Of a stretch of DNA of 64,000 nucleotides, positions 54,387-64,000 are shown piece by piece (position 1 is the stretch's first letter; the number at the start of each line of letters is the position of its first letter). A program made the translations under genes and the position numbers. This DNA is from Octopus vulgaris (Eukaryota), in assembly GCA_951406725.2 (NCBI GenBank), contig OX597815.1, positions 91,326,001 to 91,390,000 of the forward strand. Direction: 5' to 3'. The notes under the pieces were generated by a model. The model was given only the letters and a program-made list of their open reading frames with translations. It was not told where the DNA came from and searched no databases.

Positions 54387-54603
54387 CTCTTCAACATTCA
54401 GACTACTTTGTCAAATGTAATGCTTATTTCACATTGTTTTGAATTAATCACACATTATCTTTTAGCTTTAAAATTTCAGTGATGTGATTGTTTACTCTTA
54501 ATATGATATTGTAGAGTAGGTGTGAGAGACAAGATTTGGCCAGTTTGAATATAGAACAGGTACAATATTTGGGCCAGATATGGCTAGTTTAAACGCTAAA
54601 GGG
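54387..54603. mobile_element. Diverged TTAA MITE of a related subfamily
   Basis: TTAA|ctcttcaacatt ... aacgctaaaggg|TTAA; length (217 bp) is similar to the 221-bp MITEs. Confidence 0.55.
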
Positions 54604-55903
54604 TTAAGAGAGATTGTTCTGCTTGGGAAGAACTCATTATTGCCTATTTAAATGGAGCATTAATGGCATCTATTTCACCTGTCTCAGAGGACTGCAAGAA
54701 TCAAGGGACTATTCTTCCATTCCTAGCAAGTAAGAAATGTATTTCCATAGGAAGAGATAGATTTCTGTAAAAGGAAAGAAAATACTGAGGAGCATGATGA
54801 GAATAGTAGCTTTCTCTAACTCATATTGAGTCTATGGAAAGCAATACCATGAAGATCGGTTACTGTGTTAAGTTGAATGGATTAGCGTTTTCACATTTTA
54901 CAACTGTGTGTAATTGGTGATGGTATAAGTTGGAGTGAAGAGATGTTTGGAAAAAGTTTTGTTTTGTGTTTGGTGTTTGAAGTTGCAAATGCAGTTGTTT
55001 TATCAGCAGATTACTATTTATAAAGCTGTCTTGGTAAGATATTGTGGGTAGAAAGATACTGCAGCAATAGTAAAGATCTTGGCAAGATACTAGAAACTAG
55101 AAGATCCAACAGTAATTCACAAGAGGAGATATCTTTCAAGCTAAACAATTCCTTGCTCTTGTGATAGCTATATTTTTGATGTCTTGAACTCCAAATTGAC
55201 ATTTATCAAGCATTTCTATGATCAAAGGCATTCAAACTGTACCCATCCCATTTTTATTTGTCAAACAATAATCATCATCGTCGATGTCGTTTAATGTCTG
55301 CTTTCTGGATCCAATTTTCTAGAATTACACGACGTATCTGGAATTACATTATTCAATGTCTTTCCTTCTAAGGTACAGTGTGATTTGAAAGTCTTTCTGA
55401 AATTGAAGCGGTAAGGAAACTTACTACTGAGCTTTATAGAGTGATATACATTTTACAGTTACATAGACAGATGCTTTATATCATGCAGTAGCTTAAATCT
55501 ACCATTCAAAGTTAGGAATGATCCTTATGTCAAGCTTCCATATAGTTTCCATCAACCAGATTTAATGCTATATCTGAAGTGACTTAACCAAGGTGCTGTA
55601 CTTTGGTATTGAACCTAAAACCATATAGTTACAAAGTGAACATCATAACTACACTCTTGTGTCAGCACACATTTGATAAATAACTAGTCTGCTGGCTGAA
55701 GCGTACAGATTTTATTCCTGTTTATGTCTACAGCAAAATACTTGAAAGCAAATACTTTATCAACATCAACTACAAATTAATATTACTCAAACTCTGACTC
55801 TAAGCTTATATCAATTGTATTGTCAATCTTTACTTACAACTGTATGTTCAACCTCATCCAGGTACTTATTTACAATTAGGTGAGCAATTCTGTTAGAGGT
55901 TAA

Positions 55904-56124
55904 CCCTTTCGTTACTGTATTTATTTTGAGATGCTCTGTGTTTCTTTCAATTACTTTAAATGCAACAAAGAATTTAGTAAGATAACTTAGTTATCATTAA
56001 GCTAGTGTTAGGAACATAAATTGTGACTAAGGTTTGGTGGAAGATATTTAATTCAAAACTTATGAAAACAAGACTTGTGTACTTAGAGTCAGAGCCAGTT
56101 TCAGTCGGGTTGGTAATGAAAGGG
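55904..56124. mobile_element. piggyBac-type MITE (221 bp) with TTAA target duplication
   Basis: TTAA|ccctttcgttac ... gtaatgaaaggg|TTAA; homologous to 23971-24191. Confidence 0.85.
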
Positions 56125-57310
56125 TTAAATGACATTGCTACTAACACAGCTCAGCACTGATGGGTAAACCATCATACCTACATTATTGCAGTTATTTGAT
56201 CTCAGGTCAATGCTTCTACCTGTGACTGACCCATCTACAAAGCAAATAGATTGAGTGAGAATTTTCACTTCTCCTTGCAAGTTAAGTGACTACATAGGGG
56301 GTTACCTCCTAGATTCCTTACACCTTTGTTTCATTAAAGCGTTTATCAATTATGAACAGGTATTAACTTACTGACTGCCAGTAAAACTTTAGATAAGATT
56401 TTGTTATGTTCTCAAGAATTTAAAGGAAATATGTGTTTAATCAAAAGTTAACATTACAGAAGAAACCTCTGTAATTGCTTATAATTTGTTATACTTAATA
56501 ATATGAGCTAATAATGCAGCTTCAAATGCAGTTACTTAACCTGCTAGAATTAGCTACTAAATTTCCTTCAAATCATACCTTAATGGCTTATATACAGAAA
56601 GACTAGATTAGACAAAGTAGAACTGGATGATGCCATAGGCAAAAAAAAAAATCCATGGGATGGTGAAACAATAACAACAAAAATTTAATAATACTTCATT
56701 GTTTCTGAAAGGTCACTTTACTGAAATGATATGGCAATAAATATGTCACAATTGTGAGTTAGCTGGTAACCAGTTATCTGTACTTGGCAGTTTAATTTCC
56801 TATATTATATGTTCTTCCTGCAAGATTTAACTGACTTCACACTCTGTAAGGTAGAAAAAACAGTTGGAAAGCTGTTTATTTATTTGTTTGTTTTTAAGGA
56901 AAACGAAAGGAGTGAGTGGATTTCTTATAGCAGGATTAAAACTAGAAATTTTTTCTACAGAAGAAAGATAAAATTCAGTTTGTAATCTCTCTTTTTGTCA
57001 GCAGGAACTTGCTTATCCTAAAGTTTTGGTGATATATATATATAAAAAAAAAGAATATATATATTTCATTACTGGTTTCTATATTATTAAAGGTATCTGA
57101 GAAAAGATTGCTAGAGGGGGAGTTGCAATGTCAATTTAAATTATAGATGCTTTCTCAAAATTACGTAACAAAGACATCCCAACTTCTATTGTAAAATGCA
57201 TTACCTGTCTTTCTCTCTCTCACTCTCTCCTAACATATATATAAATAAATATATATATATGTGCATATATATTTAATATACATACATATATATACATATA
57301 TATATATAAA

Positions 57311-57387
<77 letters not shown>

Positions 57388-57705
57388 AAAGAGTGATATA
57401 TCTATATATATATATATATACATATATATGAAGAGAAAAGACAGGTAAACAAAAGTAGGTGTCAGAAATGTATTTGCGTAGTAAGTTGCATATACAAATA
57501 AATGGTATATGCAACTTCCATGTGAACACATTCCTTATGCTTACTTTTGTTTTTGTCTCTCTTTATTCCATACCTGTTCAATGAAGATCATTCTTATAGC
57601 CAACCTCCTACCTCAGTGCTATTTGCACTGGACAAAGGAGAGCATTGCCTGGTAACTATCTATACCATGCTTACTTAGTATTCTGCCATACATTGTATAT
57701 ATATA

Positions 57706-58091
57706 TCATCATCATTATTTAACATCCGATTTCCATGCTAGCATGGATTGGATGGTTTGATATGAAGCTGTCCAGACTCCAACTGTCTGTTGTTATATGG
57801 TTTCTATGGCTAGATGCCCTTCCTAATGCCAACCACTTAACAGAGTGTGCTGGGTACTTTTTACATGCCACAGCACAGACATGGATACTTTTTAAGTGGC
57901 ACCAGCACCTGAAAGGACAGACCTGTATGTATGATTTTACTTAGCTTGATGCATCTTATCATGTACAGCAAATCGTCACATCTCCCAGTCCCTTGTCATT
58001 TCCTCAATGAGACTCTGAAGATTCTTTCACATCTTCCTGGGTCTACTCTTTCTACAGGTACCCTCCATAATTAGAGCTCAGCACTTCTTTA
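57706..58091 (-). mobile_element. 5'-truncated RTE 3' end next to (TA)n
   Basis: catcatcattatttaacatccgatttccatgctagcatgg...gatgcccttcctaatgccaaccact...gtcatttcctcaatgagac...ttcctgggtctactct matches parts of 2578-3360. Confidence 0.8.
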
Positions 58092-59080
58092 TCTGGTAAC
58101 AATTTATAGCATGCTTTCCAAAGCTCTTCTTCAGGACTTCTCCTCTTACTGGATATACATGCGGAAATCTGCAACTATCCTTAGAGTTCATACAAAAGAA
58201 TTTTAGTGCAAGAAGATGAATGAAGAGGCTTTATTAACACTCACTGAAATTGTTTTGGTGCATCAGTATCAGCAAGTTGTATATATATTTTATATATATT
58301 ATTGCATTAATATGATCCAACAATAGAGTTAGGGTATGTGCAAGTAAATCTTTATTTAATAACCTCTCTTAATGACTTCTAAATCAACTGCAACAAAGCC
58401 CAGCAACAGTAATGCTATAAAGCCAAAATGAAGTCTGTAAGTAGACAAGTTTTGGTTTCCTGCTATGCTAAGGAACTGACCATAAGCCACTGATTTCCTC
58501 TGAAGTGTAACAGTAACAGATACAAAGGACAAGTACTTGTTCATGTTTATCATTTTACATTATTATCTTAGAATGGTCATTTATTTTCCTAAAAGTCAAG
58601 ACAAATTTGCGATCATGAATGGAGAGAAAAAGGGGTTATTTTATTTTTTTTTTATTTTCCATTAATTTTTTTTCATTTGTATCTCTTTTGTATTTCTGTG
58701 TTGTCCGTCATCAATGGAATATTAAAAATAACATAATGGTATAGGTATAAACAAAGAGGAACTGAAGATGATCAAGCAATGATTTGGACTCTACTCACTT
58801 GGAGACATGCATGTATACAGCTATTATTGGATCATATTAATGCAATCGTGTGTATAGTGTATGTAACATTTAGCACTTACCAGCTGATACTGATGCACCC
58901 AAACAACTGAAGTGAGTGATTTATAAGATTTGTAATAAAGCCTGTTCATTCCATCTACTCATATTAAAAAATATATATATATATATACATACACACACAC
59001 ACAAACACACACAAACACACATGTGCATGCACACACACACAAACACACATAATCACACACAACACACAATCGTACACACA

Positions 59081-59111
<31 letters not shown>

Positions 59112-59759
59112 ACACACACACACACACACACACACATTTTTCAGTTCAATTTTTCATCCTCATTTTTTTTCATGTTAGCATTAGATGAATATATTACTGT
59201 GGCATTGTTTTACAGCTGGATGCCTTTCCTGTCACTAACCCTGACCTGTTTTTCAAGTAAAGGATCACTTATTCTACAAACCTTTGAAGGCACAAAGCCA
59301 GAAGTTGATTTGTTGACGGGGGAAATGACAGCAGCAATATGACTGGTACCTCAGTGATTTTTATGAAAGTGCAAATGTAATCAAACATGCACACATACAC
59401 ACATACATTTATATATGTTTCATTGACATTACAACTGTCTTTGAGTTTTATCATTTTTTTTTTTGTTTTAGATATTTAGCCTAATAGTTTTCTTGCAGCT
59501 AGTTTGGAACAATAAAGATCTTAAATTCATATTCACTGTTTCCAGACACCTTCACAGTCTAATTTTCAAGAATTGAAATAGATTTCGAATCTGCATTGTT
59601 TCTTATATTCATAAAGACTTTTCTGCCAAAGGCTTTTTTGACTGTTAGGCTTTTATGTCAGCAGTTACATATTAATTTATTTTGTTGTGATCAAATTTCT
59701 GACCATTAGGTTTTCGTACCAGTGGCCATATGTCAATTTTTTTAAATGTGTTTTGCATG

Positions 59760-60030
59760 TATTGCACAGTATTGTGTTGTGATATGAGAATAGCTTCCAT
59801 GATTAATCCTATGATTTTGTGAGGAGTTTTATAGAATTAGTATTATAACATTTTTCAATCTTTGTTTTTTGGCGTGTAGTATAGTGTTTTGCAATTGCTT
59901 CTCATTGTAAATATATGGTGAGACTACAATAGTGTTGCACAAGTATGTCCAGTATAACAGCTAGAGTCCAAGAGTTTACAACTTTCAGTTTTATAGTCAA
60001 ATTAATCAATTGCAGTGGTCATTAGTAGCT
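59760..60030 (-). pseudogene. Decayed Penelope-like GIY-YIG remnant
   Basis: Minus-strand SCYTGHTCATL, (frameshift) LTIYLQ*EAIAKH and RLIMEAILI fit YIG.T..L..RL..H....AI..H and L.I.EA..I. Confidence 0.5.
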
Positions 60031-61374
60031 TGTTCTCAGGTTTACATGCTTGTGATGTGTTGATGACAAGGAAATTTGGTGTTTTGATGTTTTTGTAGTA
60101 TATAATCAGTTTAAGTTTATGGTCAGGTGTAATGTGTTTTGTGAGGTTTTACAAAATGAGACTATGAAAAGCTGAAAATGTTGAATATAAATTTAGGAAC
60201 TTTATTATTGCAAACTAGCTCAAAAAAAAAACTAAGACAGAAATACAAAAAAATCTAAAGTAAAAAAGATAAAATTTTAACATAGTTGTGTCTTTAATGA
60301 AATTTGTGTGTATGTGTGTACACGTATGTGAATGTGTGTGCGTGCATGCATGCATGTGTGAGTGCATGTGTGAGTGTGTGTGTGTGCATGTGTGAGTGTG
60401 TGCGTGTGTGAGTGTGTGTGTGCATGTGTATTTTGTGAGTGTGTATGTGTGGTCATTGACATTTTTGCTCCTTTCTCCTTCTCCACTGTTTTGTGAAAAC
60501 ATATTTAATATTTAAAGCATTCAGTATTGCTGCAAAATTATATTTGGCTGTAGCTTCAAATAATTTTGGCAACTCATATGACTTAACGATATTACAACTG
60601 GTTTTTAGCACATTCTGGTTTCCTCTTGAGGCAAATGTATTTCTTACATGACTAACTGGTGTATAGAACAGTTCATACCATTAGTGTAATATTATTCTAC
60701 AGCAAGACAAAATGTTTTAAGTAGGTATGGTTCTGTGGTTAAGAAGTTCACTTTGCATCCATGTGGCTTCAGGTTCACTCCCACTGTATGACCCCTTAGA
60801 CTTGTGACTTCCACTAGAGCATATATTATAATTGGTGCTGAATGCTCAGACCTATTTCAATCAGTAATGGCGTAAAATGGGGTGATATAACTGCTCCTAC
60901 TATACTTATTCTATTATTATTTTATAAGTTTCAGCCAGAGGTTGTGGCTGTGCTAAGGTGCCATATACTTCACAATAGTTGTTTCCAATCTCTTTTAAAG
61001 ATTGCTCTGAGGGTAATTATATAATTACTGTAAAACTGGTAACTTACTGAACTCCAAACAGCTTATCATTAAATCACAAATTTTGTACTTCTGATCTGAA
61101 ACCTCTAGCATATTGATGACTATGATATTGTCACACACAAAGAAAAAGATCTAAGATGTTAGACTTCCCAGTAAATCTTGGTAAAACTTGTTCTGGAAAG
61201 TCAAGTTGAACACTGGCAGCCTATGCCCATAAACCAGATGCACTGGCCTCATTGGCCTCCTTTCAGTAAAACTAAACCAACTTCCTGTTAACAGTGTTAT
61301 AAACGAAATTTCAACATTCAGTGTAAGGTAAGCTAAATAAGTTTGTTAGACTTTTTGTTCAAATAACATTTTAG

Positions 61375-61656
61375 GAGATGTACTTGCATAGCAAGTGACC
61401 TGATCTGAGATCGTATGCTGGAACGAAAACAATTGCAGCATGGAAGGTGTTTATAAGCCATTTAAGAAACACACAAAAACCGTTAGATTCACTTCAACAT
61501 TTAAATTTAATTTGTCAAAGCAGCACGAAGTTTTGTCAGTGAACAGGTCGCGGTCTCAAAGCAACGAAAATATTTTGACAAATTAAATTTAAATGTTGAA
61601 GTGAATCTAACAGTTTTTGTGTGTTTCTTAAATGGCTTATAAACACCTTCCATGCT
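61375..61656. mobile_element. Second copy of the 17561 repeat arranged as a fold-back (arms 61437-61519 / 61575-61656)
   Basis: agcatggaaggtgtttataagccatttaagaaacacacaaaaaccgttagattcacttcaacatttaaatttaatttgtcaa is inverted at 61575-61656, with the hammerhead-like motif in between. Confidence 0.85.
61532..61582 (+). ncRNA. Minimal hammerhead-like motif with G3-C8 core (GUGAACA)
   Basis: TTTGTCA GTGAACA G GTCGC ggtctcaaa GCAAC GAAA ATAT TT TGACAAA; 7-bp stem I, stem II one CpG>CpA change from GTCGC/GCGAC, palindromic AATATT stem III. Confidence 0.6.
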
Positions 61657-62229
61657 CAAATAACATTATTTTCTTTAAAAAGAATATAACGTTATTTTAG
61701 TTCATTGCTTTTTAAAATGCTCCTCTAATAGGTATATTTTGAGCTAATTAGGTAGCATTTATTTTCTTTTGGAAGGAGTGGGTATTCTTGCTTTGAACTA
61801 TGGAATATTTTGCTATTTGAGTTTGACAACTCTGCTTCCTGTATGCCAAAATATAAAGATAGCTCAGCAGTGAATGTTGACAATAATATGAAAAAAATGA
61901 AAACAATAATTTTAGGCCATAAGAACTATTATATATTTAGCTTCAAAAGTTTCTTTTGAGTCAGTCAACTGTTTGTACAATTTTAATAGATACAGAAAAA
62001 TATCAAAAGTGCAACTCAGTGCAATCTACATTATAAAAAGAGGACCACCTCTTATTTCTTGCCTGGAAAGATTTTGTCTGCATAGATAGCTATCAAGCAC
62101 ACTGAATGAGCATGTCTGTTACATAAACTGTTATTTGTACTAAAGCCTTATCTAATTTTAAGATAAGAAAGAAGGTAATTAAGGAAAGATTTACTCCAAG
62201 CAATTACTGATTTCACAAAAAAAAAACAT

Positions 62230-62860
62230 GAGCTAGTTGGCATAATGTAGAAGTGCTGGTACTGAAACAGCAAAATTTGTTCCTGAAAGAAATTATGAAA
62301 AATAACCGAAGAATATTGTTACCTACTGGTCTATTTTGAAAGCACATGCCAGCAAGAAGCTGTATAGCAAAAGAAGAATCACCAATGATAAATATTAAAG
62401 TAGCTGAAGATCTGTTAATGCTACTGTTTGGGAGTAAGACAGCTAAGGAATGTAAGTTAAATCCCAAGTTCATGCTCCATGCTAAAATCCCAAATGCACT
62501 TAAGGACCACATAAAAGCAGTCATTGGGAAACCAAATAAAAAAAGTTTGTATTATTGCTTCTATTTGGAGATTGCTTTTTGCATCACTTTCTACCTAAAG
62601 TTAAAAAACATTGAGAAGCCCAAAACTATTCCATTTCATGTGCTACTGATCATAGATAAAACACCTTGTCATCCACAATCTCTAGAACATCGCCATCTAA
62701 ATAGCGTATTAATGTTTATGGCACCAAATACAGCATCACTTTTGCAATCAATGGATCAAGGCGTTATGGCAACTTTTAAAGTGTATTATCTTCAGTATAC
62801 ATTTGATCACATAATAGATACTATTGATAAAGAAGGAAACCCAATGGAAATCATTCAATA
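62230..62860 (+). mobile_element. Decayed Tigger/pogo DDE transposase
   Basis: TGLF*KHMPARSCIAKEE...LLFGS..KECKL.P...VLLIIDKTPCHP...FMAPNTASLLQSMDQGVMATFKVYY matches the pogo motifs LL..DNA..H and P.NTT..LQP.DQG.I..FK..Y. Confidence 0.85.
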
Positions 62861-64000
62861 TTCTACACACACACACACACAGACACACATATAGACATAT
62901 ATATTATATACGTATATGTACATATAAGTATACACATACATATTACATATAAGTGTGTGTATATATATAATTTTATGTATGTATGTATGAATGAATGATT
63001 GCGTGTATAAGTCTAGTGGGAGCGGTTTGAAGGAAAAGAGGGTAAGGCTGGCTCTGCACAAACTATGCCTACTATAATAATATTAATCATGCAGGTTGTT
63101 CAGGAAGGCAAGTCACCAGCACCAACATCACACTTTCTACATAAGCCCAGTGGCAATAGGGAAAGAGGCAATGGGGACAGGTAGAGAATGTTTTGACACT
63201 GCTCGCAAGTGGTCATAGGGTGATGATTGAGACAGTCCAGTATACACACACACACACACACACAAACATACTAGGCATCTGCTTAAAAAAAACTGAGAGA
63301 GCCACCATCTAAAGTCAAGTACTCAACAATAACATAAGAAAGAGGACAGATGTTTATTTGGACGACAGTACATGCATGTTTCTTTCTGAGTTTGAAACAT
63401 ACCAGGAATACACTGCATATTTTACACATGTATACACATGTATATATTGGTTTCAAATACACATGTATATATTGGTTTCAAATTTTAGCACAAGGCCATC
63501 GATTTCAGAGGGAGGGGTTAAGTTGATTACATCAACCCCAGTGCTCAACTGGTACTTATTTTATTGACCCCAAAAGGATAAAAAGCAAAGTCTAACACAG
63601 CAGAATTTGAATTTTGAACATAACAATAGGTGACCTGTCACAATGCATTTTGTCCAGTGTGCTACTGCCTCTGCAAAGTCATTGCCTTACACACATATAT
63701 ATTAACACATTAAATATATAAACATGCACACACACACACATACACACACACACACACACACACAAGAGCTTCACTGTCTTGTTTTTTCATGAGATATTTT
63801 GTAGCTATCACTTACTTTTGGATTGCAAAACTAGAGCTACCAAGATGTGAAGTGATGTCACATCTTGATGGTCATGAGTATAGGAGAGGTTATATTTCAT
63901 GTTAATACTGTCATTCTTTACTAGTTTACAGGAAGCATCATCATTTAATATCCATATTCCATGCTGGCATGTATTAGTCAGCTTGGCAGGATCCAATGAC

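Noticed and set aside
57600-57651. Possible short plus-strand exon (ag...gtaact)
   Set aside because: Only generic splice dinucleotides; no recognisable protein and no partner exons.

Overview
This is AT-rich, microsatellite-dense animal DNA with no confidently identifiable host gene. The repeat families resemble those of an octopus or other coleoid cephalopod (inferred from recognition, not from a database search). The dominant feature is a ~14.85 kb minus-strand RTE-clade LINE (2578-17424) inserted in a (TA)n tract. It has a (GAT)n tail and a single APE+RT reading frame broken only by two slippage-type deletions that sum to -3. A C4HC3 PHD-like finger sits inside the RT, and the 5' end is ~17.9 near-identical 608-613 bp tandem monomers. 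The rest is a mosaic of decayed LINEs (RTE, BovB-like, CR1-like, R4/Dong-like, L1/Tx1-like), Penelope-like GIY-YIG remnants, a Tigger remnant, TTAA MITEs, tRNA-derived SINEs and fold-back hairpins. Reading by eye also revealed seven minimal type I hammerhead ribozyme motifs: four with the canonical core, one A6U variant, and two copies of a family with a compensatory G3-C8 core swap. Most ORFs in the supplied track are microsatellite artefacts.
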